64,000 bases of DNA, taken from assembly GCF_026210795.1 (NCBI RefSeq), contig NC_089434.1:1426001-1490000 (forward strand). Reading direction: 5' to 3'. Source of the stretch: Rhizophagus irregularis. Taxonomy: Eukaryota. Positions 1-10,027 of this stretch are shown here, in pieces (position 1 is the stretch's first letter; every line of letters starts with the position of its first letter). The position numbers and the translations under genes were made by a program. Below the pieces are notes generated by a model. The model made no database searches. It was not told where the DNA came from and was given only the letters and a program-made list of their open reading frames with translations.

Positions 1-724
1 CCAGAAAACGTTATTGAAGCTTCCAGAATCGGGGCGGCGCCTCTTAATATATTAATCGATAGATTGAGTGATCTTGAGCGACGAAAGGGTGAAATGTTCT
101 ATGGATTACAAAGGCGCCAGGGTATTGAAAAGGCTAAAAAAGAGGAATTGGCTGGCTATACTCATCCCGTGACTCCACACGAAGGTGCTGTAATACAAAG
201 GTTGACAGACGTTATTACTCAAGAACGATTACAAGAATTGCTTAAGGCGCAGGCCGAGGAACTTACCAAGAATTTCCAGGCACAATTTAAACAATTACAA
301 GTATCTAAGCCAGTTCGTAAACTACCGGTCTATAGACAACAGATTAAACCTGTTCGACCAAAACCACAGAGACGCGTTGTTCAGGATCATCAGGATTCCT
401 GATTGGGATGATGGTTATGTAGATCATGATGTTGGTGATGACCCTGATGCTCCTGAATGGACTAGTGAAGATGATCAACATGTTATTGATCTTATTATGG
501 GATATGAGACATCTAAAAGATTTCCAAAGCGACTTCAGAAGGCTAAAGATAGACGCGATGATCTGGAATTAGCCCGAGCAATGAGAAACCTCGATCTTAA
601 TGATGATGCTATGGATATTGATACTAATACCGCGAGTTTTGATGACTTGAAAATTGTTCCCGATGAGGAAGGTGGTTTTCGGATTTGTGCGGTTCGAAGT
701 ACAAAAAAAAGTAAACTCGCATAA
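1..724 (+). pseudogene. 3' part of the gag-like gene of the outer element (frameshifted)
   Basis: ORFs 64-402 and 377-724 together match the C-terminus of 12046-13476 (LQELLKAQAEELTKNFQ...DWDDGYVDHDVGDDPDAPEW...LARAMRNLDLNDDAMDID). There is an extra T near 397 and one A fewer in the A-run at 703-710. Confidence 0.85.
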
Positions 725-1433
725 GGGTGTAAGTATCTCGAAACTTCTTAAATCTGTTCCAAAAAAATCAGTTAAAATGACTCCTATTAAGATTCCTGCG
801 AAGGTTACTAGTAGTAAGCCCACACTTATAAAAGCCGTCACCAAAAATGATTCATTAAGTTTATTAAGGTCTGCAGATTTTAGAAAATTACTCCGCGAGA
901 TTCTTCGGGAAGAATTAAAGTCTGCTCGTAAAAGTACGGAGATTCCGGAAGACCTAGTTGAGGAAAAACAAGAAGAGGATATCAGGGAAGATGACCCGAT
1001 GGATATTGACATAGCTCGTTTGGAGAATACTAAAGATCTTTTAGCGCTGGATGGGGAGGTCAATGGGATAGCAATTCAGTGTTTAGCAGACACTTGTGCT
1101 AACGCGTCTTTTATTCAGAGGGAAGCCGCTGAAGAATTAGGGTTGGATATCGACAAGAGTATTACACATAACATATCCGGCGCTCCGGGTTCTGGTAGGA
1201 CATTTGGCATGGTAAAAGGTGTGTCAATCAAACTAACCCCTGATTGTGTAATCACTGAGAATCTCGCGGTTTTAAGCGATTACAAGCATAGGGAGATTGG
1301 ATTGAGCCGGACGTGTCTGAAACGTTACAATTATGATGTCCATGAATCACGTGAACATATTGCCCTTACTTGTAATGAGAAGAATGTTTTTATTCCGATA
1401 GTTTCTGACGTGAATCGAGGAGACAAAAAATAG
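702..1433 (+). CDS. Retropepsin-like aspartic protease of the outer element
   Basis: GEVNGIAIQCLADTCANASFI...AEELGL...IGLSRTCL; closely similar to 13539-14213. The start is probably reached by frameshift from gag. Confidence 0.8.
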   Translation, partial: QKKVNSHKGVSISKLLKSVPKKSVKMTPIKIPAKVTSSKPTLIKAVTKNDSLSLLRSADFRKLLREILREELKSARKSTEIPEDLVEEKQEEDIREDDPMDIDIARLENTKDLLALDGEVNGIAIQCLADTCANASFIQREAAEELGLDIDKSITHNISGAPGSGRTFGMVKGVSIKLTPDCVITENLAVLSDYKHREIGLSRTCLKRYNYDVHESREHIALTCNEKNVFIPIVSDVNRGDKK

Positions 1434-1447
1434 GGAATATTTATTTT

Positions 1448-1758
1448 TTATTCCCAAAACTTGCGGATTAAGGCAGGGACATCCTCCTCCAACCGGTCAG
1501 CGGGTTCCCAAGTGGCTTCGGTATCTGGGTATCGTTCCCACTTGACTAGATACTGGTCTTGACCCTTCCTGATGCGATGCCGGAGTATCCGCTCAGGTAC
1601 AAATCTTTCGGGTTGCCCTCTTATCACGGAGTCAGGTGGGGGATGTTCATTTTCTGGAACAATCTGCAACTCTTTTCGGGTGTACGCACATCTGGATACA
1701 CCTAGACGCCCGTGTGGTCCATCAAGAAGATACGTAGGAGGCTGTTCGGGTGAGAGGA
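1448..1758 (-). pseudogene. Outer integrase, C-terminal/chromodomain half, split off by the inner element
   Basis: FVPERILRHRIRKGQDQYLVKWERYPDTEATWEP chromodomain. The sequence rejoins 16312 across the GAGGA duplication (compare the intact site GGTGAGAGTATCATTTTTTTG at ~14540). Confidence 0.9.
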
Positions 1759-2328
1759 GTCGTCGGTCTGGATGTGGGTCTCGCTACCGCTCACCCCACC
1801 TCGGACTCACGTCCTCGCAGTACCTACTTGGGCCATAATGGCCCTGGAATCTCCCATATATACTACTACCATGGCCACAGTGGCCATGGCTGGTCACACT
1901 ACTTTCCAACTCCTTTTTTTTATCCATTTTTTCTTATATATTAAAACTACTATGACCACTATGACCACTATGACCAGACTACTAAAAAGTGGATAAAAAC
2001 GCGAATAAAGCCAAAATCAGACAGAATATCCGGTCATAGTACTGGCCACAGTTCAAAAAACTTATGATAATACTATGGCCACCTTAGTTAGCCCCTCAGG
2101 CTCCAAAACCCGATTTAAGCTATGACCACCCTTTATCTACTTACCTGAGACACCGAACTATGCCACCGAACTATGACCGCCGAACTATGACCACCGAACT
2201 ATGACCACCGAACTATGACCACCCTTTATCTACATACCTGGGACACCAAACTATGACCGCCGAACTATGACCACCGAACTATGGCCACTTTCCCCGTCAG
2301 AAAAAATAAGTAATTGAACAATGGGTAT
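1759..2328 (+). repeat. Left TIR (570 bp) of the inner element, with internal CTATGACCACCGAA-type iterons
   Basis: Reverse complement of 15736-16306, from GTCGTCGGTCTGGATG to ...AATTGAACAATGGGTAT. Confidence 0.95.
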
Positions 2329-2345
2329 ACCATAAGTAATATACA

Positions 2346-2784
2346 ATGATGAACTTACACGCAGCCACTTATCTTGCCGAAGACCTCGGACTTGATCTTG
2401 TAGACATCTATGGAATCCGTAAATGGATCCAAATGCGGGCATCGCCCCTCAACGACCCGGATATAGTAGCAGAAATAGTCAGAAACCTTCCGGCCAAAGA
2501 ATTTGGAAAGCACCTCCAAGATAAACAGACTCTGGTACAACTGTTGTAAAGCCGAGTTGTGGAAGCGATATGAGAAAGCCGAGGAGGCATACGACAGGGC
2601 AGTAGAAAAGAAGGAAAAAGCGGGGGATGCTCTTGGTCAATCATTTGAGGAAGAGGGTATTGGAAATCGTGAACTTCATGAGCTTAATTGGAAGGAGTAT
2701 CAAAAGGCTTGTAAAGAGTTAACGGACGCTAGAAAAGAGCAAATAATGGTAAGGTGGGCTCTTGAGCGGTGTGGATTTCACTAG
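2346..2784 (+). pseudogene. F-box-like protein, frameshifted near 2517
   Basis: LNDPDIVAEIVRNLPAKEFGKHL / KINRLWYNCCKAELWKR is split over ORFs 2346-2549 and 2503-2784. It is continuous in the paralogues at 17446-17961 and 25360-25695. Confidence 0.7.
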
Positions 2785-3017
2785 ATATACGTGGATTGAA
2801 AAGGGGGAAGGGAAGATTTAGAGCAGTCGTAAAGGTTCGTGGTTTATAGTTTTTTTTACCCCTAAAAGATAACCAGATATAACCGGAGGACCGCAGAACC
2901 GCAGGACCACAGGACTACAGGAGGGTAACCTGGTAGGAGTGCAGATCTTTGGAAAAAATATTTGGCAATTGAAGATTAGGTAACTATAAATTAGTACTCG
3001 ATTTGATAGAACAAAAA

Positions 3018-5507
3018 ATGGCCGCTCAAGTTCCAGCAATCTTTAACCCCAACAACCGTTTCTTCTACGATGACCTTCTTAAAAAGTGTATAGGTACACA
3101 CACAAAAGAAAGCATCAATTCAGCAATCTCAGCTTCTGTGGCTTTCATCACCACGAAGTCCGGCATGTGGATCAGAAAAAAGAAGGCTTATAATGGAAGC
3201 ATATACTTCGAGTTTGCTGCAGATCTCAAGGGAATTTCTACTAAGCACAAGGTAAGTATTCGGTCAGATGCAGGAGAAGATGATGGTATGACCACATCCA
3301 TCAAGTTAAAGGACCTTCTTATCCAAGCCTCAGTCACAAAGATCTGTTATACAGATGTAAACTTCATGCCTTATCCCCCAAACGCGCCAAAGTATAATCC
3401 TGAATTCTTCAATCTCTTTCTAGGTTTCAGGGCTCAACCCGCTGAGCACATCAAACCGAACCTAGTTAATCCAATCATTCGACATGTTCATGAGGTATGG
3501 TGTGCAGAGGACAAGCAGTTAACCACGTACATCCTCAACTGGCTTGCATTTCTGGTTCAAAATCCTGACAAAAAACCCGGTACAGCAATTATTATGCGCA
3601 GTCCCCCCAGATGTGGTAAGAATATCTTAACCGATTTTATCGGAGAACGTATTCTCGGCCGTGAAAACTTCCTCTCCACTACGCGTCTTGAAGATGTAAT
3701 GGGAAGGTTCAATGCGGCTGTTCGTGCCAAAAAACTTATCATCCTCAATGAATGTGATATGTCAGGCAAGGAATGGCACGGGGCAAACAACCGACTCAAG
3801 AGTTTAATCACCGAGCCTTACATCTCTATCGAGGAAAAGGGGATAGATGTGAAGGTTATTGATGACTTTGCTGGCTACATGATCCTCAGTAATCATGCTA
3901 TGCCAATCCGTATAGAAATGGGAGATGAAAGATTTGTAGCTCTCAACGTCTCAGCCAAATATAAGGGCAATAGAGAATACTTCGGTTCTCTCGTAAAAGT
4001 ATTAGAAAATCCGGATACAGCCAGTTCCTTCATGTCCTATTTACTTAGCCGAGACTTAACTAGCTTCAATCCCCAATCTATTCCTGATACTCAAATGAAA
4101 CAGGAGCTAATCGAAGCAAGTATTCCAAATCCCCAGCGTTTCATACAATATTACCTTGAAATGATGTGGCCCGACAATTGTGATACACTTGAAATTCCTT
4201 GTACAAATTTCTATAGCACTTACCAGAATTGGTGCAGTGAGAAGGGCGAAAACAAAACACTTAGTGATAATAAGTTTGGTATGGAGATTAAGCAATTTAT
4301 TCCTAAAACTCGCCCAAGACGTTCAGGTGCTAGAATAAACTATTACATACTAGATAAAGCAAAAATTGCGAAGAATTTTAGTAGAGTAATCCAGGAGACA
4401 CAAGACATACAGGAAGCACAGGTAGATCAAGAGGAAGTAGAGCCAGTTGTTGAGAAACCTGCTGAGGAAAAACCCGCTTCTGTCAAGAAGAAGCCTACTG
4501 AAGAAACCAAAAAGACTCCACCACCAGTACCACTTAAGCCCGATTGCTTGAAGGTAAAACCCGCACCTGTCATCAATGAGGATCCTATTCCTGAGGAATC
4601 TCCAGCTCCTATAGAGTCAGATACTGATGAACCTATAGATAGCTTCTCAGACTGTTATCTATCTGATGAGGAACCTGATCAAGAAGATGAGCCGCCTGCT
4701 GAAGAACCTGCACTTAAAGCTGTTGATGACTATGACGTCTTAGATGACTTGCTATCTGACTCAGATTTTACAACTGTGAACCCAGCTCCTGAACAACAAC
4801 CCGAGTCTCCCGCAGAATTTTCTGCATCTGTCACTAAGCCTGACCCAGAACCGGCTCCTGAAGAACAACCCGAGTCTCCCGCAGAATTTTCTGCATCTGT
4901 CACTAAGCCTGACCCAGAACCGGCTCCTAAAGAGCAACCTATCCCAGAACCTGACACAGAACTAGAAGTTGACTGGGACCCTGAACCAAAGGAAGGTACT
5001 CGAGCACACTGGGCTTGGCATGAAAGGCACCGATGGGATCGTAAGCCATGGGTCAAGAATTCAAAGGACCAGGTCTTCAATGATCTCCACAATACAGGTA
5101 AGGATTTATGGGCTAAGTACCAAGACGTGTCAGACAACTATGACTGGGAAATACTCGCGTTTGAAGTAGAGGAATGTCCCACAACACGTATTGAGGACGA
5201 GTACCAGTACTACCTTAGGGAGGTAGTAGACCGCTTCAAGGACTGGATAGAATATAATGGGTACTTACCTAAAACACCTAGCCGTAAAGAACTCGCAGAT
5301 CTAATAAGAGCATATAAGGAGGATCATGATGCCGAGATTATCCCTACCACCTCCGGTTATGAAACTATGAAGATGAATAAGGGTAAGGCACGAGAAATCC
5401 CAGAGGAACGTCCAAAAACTGATATGGAACGTGAATGGGAAGCCGCTAATGGATTTGTAGACGAGCTGGATATTGATGAGGCCTGTGATATGATTGACTC
5501 CTTTTAA
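3018..5507 (+). CDS. SF3/D5-like (primase-associated) helicase with acidic Pro/Glu-rich C-terminal region
   Basis: LNWLAFLVQNPDKKPGTAIIMRSPPRCGKN (Walker A variant), LIILNE (Walker B), ILSNH, ERFVAL, then a winged-helix-like segment. 69-bp (23-aa) tandem duplication at ~4790-4930. First ATG at 3018. Confidence 0.85.
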   Translation: MAAQVPAIFNPNNRFFYDDLLKKCIGTHTKESINSAISASVAFITTKSGMWIRKKKAYNGSIYFEFAADLKGISTKHKVSIRSDAGEDDGMTTSIKLKDLLIQASVTKICYTDVNFMPYPPNAPKYNPEFFNLFLGFRAQPAEHIKPNLVNPIIRHVHEVWCAEDKQLTTYILNWLAFLVQNPDKKPGTAIIMRSPPRCGKNILTDFIGERILGRENFLSTTRLEDVMGRFNAAVRAKKLIILNECDMSGKEWHGANNRLKSLITEPYISIEEKGIDVKVIDDFAGYMILSNHAMPIRIEMGDERFVALNVSAKYKGNREYFGSLVKVLENPDTASSFMSYLLSRDLTSFNPQSIPDTQMKQELIEASIPNPQRFIQYYLEMMWPDNCDTLEIPCTNFYSTYQNWCSEKGENKTLSDNKFGMEIKQFIPKTRPRRSGARINYYILDKAKIAKNFSRVIQETQDIQEAQVDQEEVEPVVEKPAEEKPASVKKKPTEETKKTPPPVPLKPDCLKVKPAPVINEDPIPEESPAPIESDTDEPIDSFSDCYLSDEEPDQEDEPPAEEPALKAVDDYDVLDDLLSDSDFTTVNPAPEQQPESPAEFSASVTKPDPEPAPEEQPESPAEFSASVTKPDPEPAPKEQPIPEPDTELEVDWDPEPKEGTRAHWAWHERHRWDRKPWVKNSKDQVFNDLHNTGKDLWAKYQDVSDNYDWEILAFEVEECPTTRIEDEYQYYLREVVDRFKDWIEYNGYLPKTPSRKELADLIRAYKEDHDAEIIPTTSGYETMKMNKGKAREIPEERPKTDMEREWEAANGFVDELDIDEACDMIDSF

Positions 5508-5590
5508 TAAGATAAGCGCCTCTTAGTTATCTTATATTTTTTATATAAAAAACCTATATTACAATTGAATACAATTCATAGTTATATCAA

Positions 5591-7471
5591 ATGGCCTATT
5601 CAAAAATTGCACGTGCTTTGCCTACAAGACCAGATATCAAAGAACTACAGTATTCAGGCGCAAGATTTTCTAGAGGAGCTATTGCCAGACTTGGACAGCA
5701 ACTCCAATCCCGGTATCCGACACACAAATTTCAGATTCTGCTTCCCTATGAAAACTGGAAACCCGGTGGATGGACATCAGGAAACCAACCAGCCAGCCTC
5801 TTCTCACTCTTGGACCACTACGACGAAGCACAACTACCGGATGATGCAGACCCTGATTATTTTGAACGATTCATAATTTATGTGAGAGATGCCCCACCGG
5901 TTGCAGGGGGTTGCAACGGGGAGCTAAATGATTGCCTGTATGAATGCCTGAAATATATCTACGGCACATTCTCTAAAATGCCAAAGTCAATCAAAAAGCC
6001 CGAGTATATCAAAAAGGCATTAGGTCTCAATCGTGATGCTCCAGTTCCAGTCTCATATATGGATAAGGTTGAACAACTTGCAGGAAGCCTTGCACTTAAT
6101 ATTGTAGGGGATTCCACTCGAATTTCCAAGAGCAAATCTGACAGACGTGCAACACTTATCCTGTCTGAAGGCCACTACTCTCTTGCACTGAATCCCGGAA
6201 GACTCCACCCTAGCAAATTAGATAGAAAACAAAAGTCTCCCTTTGTTTATCGTGAAGATGGGGTTAATAATGTAGTAACAATATACAATGGTAAGACAGT
6301 TAAGTCTCTTACAGTTGGACAGTTTCAGAAAGGTAAGAACTCTGATAGTTACTCCTTCATCCCTATCGAGAAGAATTGTAAAACTGGAATATATGAAACA
6401 CTTGAGGAAACATACCAGAGGATCCATGAAGAGCGGGATTCCTTCCTACAGGCTACAAAGAAGTTCGGTCTAGGAATCGACTTATCTTACCACAACTGGT
6501 CGTACAAGAGAACTGCACTCTGGCTTTTTGAACGGTTTAGTGTAGGGGTTCCAGCCAATGATCCTCTTGACCCAGTCGAAGCAGAGTGGATAAGTGATGC
6601 AATGATGGGAGGTCTTATCTGGGCAGACAATGAATGGAAGGGCTATGGAAGGCAATACGACGTGACAAGTTTGTATCCAAGTATTCAGCAATCAAATGCA
6701 AACTTTCCAATCCGACAAGGTAAGTTTCAAATACTCAAAGACTTTGTAGACCATAGAGGTTATGCCTTGTATGGATTATTTCGTGCTAGCTCCCAGGGAG
6801 CGCCCAAGGGCAAGGTAAGTGGTAATGACATTCTCTTCCGACAGAATAAGAGGGGAGTCTATACATTCATTGACTTACAACGAGCAAAGAAACTTGGACT
6901 CGATATACAGTTAATCCAGGATGGAAAGCCAAATGCCTTGATATATGACAGAGAAGCAAGAATTCCTGGGACTGTAATATTTGGTGAGTATGTCCACTTT
7001 CTCTTCAATATAAAGAACCAGGGTGGCGTGGCCGGTCGTGTTGCAAAGAGAGTTCTCAATACACTATGGGGAGCACTCTGCCAGAGGAAACGCAATTACA
7101 AGACACTCACCACAGATCAAACAGATCCATTCAAGTTTCCAGAAGGCCACACACTTGACTCCATCGTACCAGTAGGATCTGACCAGTGGCGATTCCAGTT
7201 CACAAACCCAGGTAGTCCCTTCAAGGGTGAGTATCCTAGGATCGCTCCATTCTTATTAGCACATGGACGGAAGACGACTTCAGAGTTATTAGAACCATAT
7301 AAGGATAAAGTACGACGCATCCATACAGATGGATTTATTCTAGAGGAACAGCCGAGTAGTCCTACACTTATCACTTGTCCAGAAAATGCATCCAAAGCAT
7401 TGAAAGCTCTCAAGTTTGAAACCGCAGGATACTGCCATGTGAAAAATGCAAACAAGGTTATCTGGACATGA
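5591..7471 (+). CDS. Family B DNA polymerase (protein-primed type, compact), possible N-terminal OTU-like domain
   Basis: MMGG...YDVTSLYPS..FP (motif A), KRVLNTLWGAL (motif B), RIHTDGF (motif C variant). The N-terminus has NDCLYECL...GHYSL. Confidence 0.85.
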   Translation: MAYSKIARALPTRPDIKELQYSGARFSRGAIARLGQQLQSRYPTHKFQILLPYENWKPGGWTSGNQPASLFSLLDHYDEAQLPDDADPDYFERFIIYVRDAPPVAGGCNGELNDCLYECLKYIYGTFSKMPKSIKKPEYIKKALGLNRDAPVPVSYMDKVEQLAGSLALNIVGDSTRISKSKSDRRATLILSEGHYSLALNPGRLHPSKLDRKQKSPFVYREDGVNNVVTIYNGKTVKSLTVGQFQKGKNSDSYSFIPIEKNCKTGIYETLEETYQRIHEERDSFLQATKKFGLGIDLSYHNWSYKRTALWLFERFSVGVPANDPLDPVEAEWISDAMMGGLIWADNEWKGYGRQYDVTSLYPSIQQSNANFPIRQGKFQILKDFVDHRGYALYGLFRASSQGAPKGKVSGNDILFRQNKRGVYTFIDLQRAKKLGLDIQLIQDGKPNALIYDREARIPGTVIFGEYVHFLFNIKNQGGVAGRVAKRVLNTLWGALCQRKRNYKTLTTDQTDPFKFPEGHTLDSIVPVGSDQWRFQFTNPGSPFKGEYPRIAPFLLAHGRKTTSELLEPYKDKVRRIHTDGFILEEQPSSPTLITCPENASKALKALKFETAGYCHVKNANKVIWT

Positions 7472-7584
7472 TTGCCAAGAATGCGGTTGGATTTACAGTA
7501 GGTATATATATTTTTTCTTGCTTGAATGTAAAGTCAATTTGAAGATTCCTATTTATTACAAAGTACAAAAAAGTATAAGGAATC

Positions 7585-8055
7585 ATGTCAACATATACCG
7601 AATTAGCAAGCATTATTAACAGCACTGACAGCATTAGTGATAAAGTTATTTATGATGCATCACACAATCAGTTCACCATTGTCTCTGATGAAACTGTCCT
7701 CAAGATTATCCGTGCATTGAAAGACACTATAGTAGTCGCATTAGTATCTGGGTTTAGCAAAACCAGCTACCTTGTCCAGGATCATGTGAAGTATATCAAG
7801 AGAATCCAGACAGCAAAGTCTCCTGTATCATATGTGAAGTTCGTGGCCAGAAAACTCTTCCCAGATAATGCAGCATATACTGCTAAGATAGCAAAGATTC
7901 GTGAATCATACAAGAATAAACAAGCTCTTTTAGACAAACTTGAGGCCCTCTTCGAGTTGTATTATAATGTAACTAAGGACTCATTAACAGGTCCCCCAAA
8001 GCGAGCTGTCACTATGAATGAGGCTGAGAAAACCTTAGCAGAACTTCTTGCATAA
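7585..8055 (+). CDS. Hypothetical protein (element-encoded, 156 aa)
   Basis: Intact ORF collinear with its neighbours, preceded by an ATTTGAAG motif; no recognisable domain. Confidence 0.6.
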   Translation: MSTYTELASIINSTDSISDKVIYDASHNQFTIVSDETVLKIIRALKDTIVVALVSGFSKTSYLVQDHVKYIKRIQTAKSPVSYVKFVARKLFPDNAAYTAKIAKIRESYKNKQALLDKLEALFELYYNVTKDSLTGPPKRAVTMNEAEKTLAELLA

Positions 8056-8148
8056 GCGGCTCCTGTACGAATTTAGTTTATATTTTTTATCCATTTGTAA
8101 TGGGCATACAGTAATTGAAGATGGCTATAGTATAAGTAACATAACATC

Positions 8149-8553
8149 ATGTTAGACCGGTTACCAGTAGAAATAGTCGAACGCATTGTCACAAAAATCC
8201 CGGATACTGACCTTATTGCAGCGAGTAAGGTAGATAGAGTGTGGTGGCAGGAAGTTCGTCGAGAGGCATATAAGAGGTGGAAAAATTATGCCACTACGAT
8301 CAGGGATGTGTACTGTGAAATCCGAGCTCTCGGAAAGCATTATATAAAGAGGGAAATTGACTGGATAACGTTTGAAGATGTAAACGACCTCTATAAAAGA
8401 TGGATAAACTGCCTTACCGAGGATCAGCTTTATATTATGGAAAAAATGCTTAGGAATGGGATGGTCGTGGACCCCCAAGAGAGGGAAACCATAGAGTATG
8501 CATTAAGTGAACAAAGATGGGGAGGCGATCCTTGGGGACTGGGAGTGGTATGA
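8149..8553 (+). CDS. F-box domain protein
   Basis: MLDRLPVEIVERIVTKIPDTDLIAASKVDRVW matches the F-box consensus (LP.EI...I...L...DL.....V.R.W). Confidence 0.8.
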   Translation: MLDRLPVEIVERIVTKIPDTDLIAASKVDRVWWQEVRREAYKRWKNYATTIRDVYCEIRALGKHYIKREIDWITFEDVNDLYKRWINCLTEDQLYIMEKMLRNGMVVDPQERETIEYALSEQRWGGDPWGLGVV

Positions 8554-8576
8554 ATGGACTAACAGGAGTAGCTTAT

Positions 8577-8785
8577 TTATCGGGTATCCTCATATTTCTT
8601 GACAAGGACTGATGACCATGTAACCTTATCATCAGGTATCCTTGCATTTTTTCGACAAGGATTGATGACCATGTAACCTTATCATCAGGTATCCTTGCAT
8701 TTTTTAATAAGGATTGATGACCATGTAACCTTGTCATCAGGTATTCTCGTATTTTTTGATAAGGACTGATGACCGTGTCACTTGG
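8577..8785 (+). repeat. ~52-53-bp tandem repeat, about 4 copies
   Basis: A(C/T)AAGGA(C/T)TGATGACCATGTAACCTT(A/G)TCATCAGGTAT recurs at 8602, 8655, 8707 and 8759 (the last copy is more diverged). Confidence 0.9.
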
Positions 8786-8839
8786 TTATTGTAAATTGAA
8801 GAAAACTATTAGGTATGTAGACACGTACAGAAAAAAGAC

Positions 8840-9421
8840 ATGTCTTACCCTTATATAGCTAACCCTATAACTGGACGTCCAATTATTATCGGTGGAGATA
8901 CCTTTAATCGAATAGTTATGGAATCCCATGATTATATTGATGGAAGGCTTGTCCGTAGACAAACTGCACCTCCACCTGAAGAGCAACCTGTATATTTAAA
9001 TACAGATACAGGACGTTATGTTCGACGTGGTACTAGAACATATTATAGACTGATTGAGAGTGACTATGAGGTAGTTGAGGATTACTACCTTGTCCATTAT
9101 GAAGAAGAGGCGCTTATAGAGGAAATCATCAATGAAACACGCTATAATGAGGAAAATCTTGATGGGCAGCGGTTAACTTTCAATGATATACAACAAATCA
9201 GGACTGCTATTCAGGCTGACCAAGATGAATATGATGATTTTATCTTACAGCAAGATACGACTAACGGAACACTTTCCTCCGGTCCTTCCGGTCGTCCACG
9301 AACTTTGGAAGACCATACCCCGAGACTTGCAGAGCTTAATATTGAGTTGTGTAGGGAATGTCTCATGCCTGTAAGCCCAAGTGACTTAACGGACAAGTTG
9401 TGCAAGGACTGCTCCGAATAG
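8840..9421 (+). CDS. NPxTGR-repeat protein (2-cysteine-adaptor-like motifs) with C-terminal CxxC...CxxC
   Basis: YIANPITGRPIIIGGDTFNRI and YLNTDTGRYVRRGTRTYYRL; C-terminal CRECLMP...LCKDC. Confidence 0.6.
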   Translation: MSYPYIANPITGRPIIIGGDTFNRIVMESHDYIDGRLVRRQTAPPPEEQPVYLNTDTGRYVRRGTRTYYRLIESDYEVVEDYYLVHYEEEALIEEIINETRYNEENLDGQRLTFNDIQQIRTAIQADQDEYDDFILQQDTTNGTLSSGPSGRPRTLEDHTPRLAELNIELCRECLMPVSPSDLTDKLCKDCSE

Positions 9422-9466
9422 TTACTTAATTTTGAATAATTCTTTTTTACATAAAGAAAGATAGCC

Positions 9467-10027
9467 ATGTCAACATCAATCGTAATAAACCAATGCCAAA
9501 ACTGTGGAGTAATCACTCCAAAAACAGCATATAGAGGATTATCCAGCGTGTTGTATAGACAGATTATAAAGAAGATTGGTGACGAGAGTGAACCTTTACA
9601 AGCCTTGGGACTTGCTAGGGATAAGTTAGTTCAGATCATTCGTCGGGGAAGTAATGTGGACTTTACACAATTGTTTACACAAAAACTGGATATGAATATT
9701 ATGGATGGAGAGCCATATGAAGATATTAGGAAGTGGCTTCTCGAACAGCTTATAGCCATAGGTTATGACAGTGGAGAAATTGCTTTATATCAATTTCTAA
9801 GGGATACATATCCAGATGGTATTGACGAGCCTTTCACTACATTCTATGAGAACTATGTAAATCATATAAGTAATCCAATGACTAAGAACTTTGCTTCTCG
9901 TGCTTTAGGAGCAATAGGGTTGAAGGCTAAGATGTTAAGGATTGACTTTGAAGGCCGTAAAAAAAGTGCTATGATTCTTAAAGCTTCTGCAGACGAATTA
10001 CTTGATATTCTCACAAGATACTATTAA
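9467..10027 (+). CDS. Hypothetical protein (N-terminal CxxC, possible winged-helix C-terminus)
   Basis: Intact 186-aa ORF; FYENYVNHISNPMTKNFASRALGAIG loosely resembles D5-associated wHTH segments. Confidence 0.55.
   Translation: MSTSIVINQCQNCGVITPKTAYRGLSSVLYRQIIKKIGDESEPLQALGLARDKLVQIIRRGSNVDFTQLFTQKLDMNIMDGEPYEDIRKWLLEQLIAIGYDSGEIALYQFLRDTYPDGIDEPFTTFYENYVNHISNPMTKNFASRALGAIGLKAKMLRIDFEGRKKSAMILKASADELLDILTRYY

Noticed and set aside
1750..1996. ORFs 1750-1944, 1772-1996, 16069-16293 and 18154-18472
   Set aside because: They are translations of TIR iterons (MTTMTTMT); the C-terminus of 16121-17107 is likewise read-through into the TIR.
3557..7455. Antisense and overlapping short ORFs within the helicase and PolB genes
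   Set aside because: They are shadows of long motif-bearing ORFs and have no independent features.
8577..8785. CRISPR-like repeat
   Set aside because: These are head-to-tail ~52-bp units without variable spacers.
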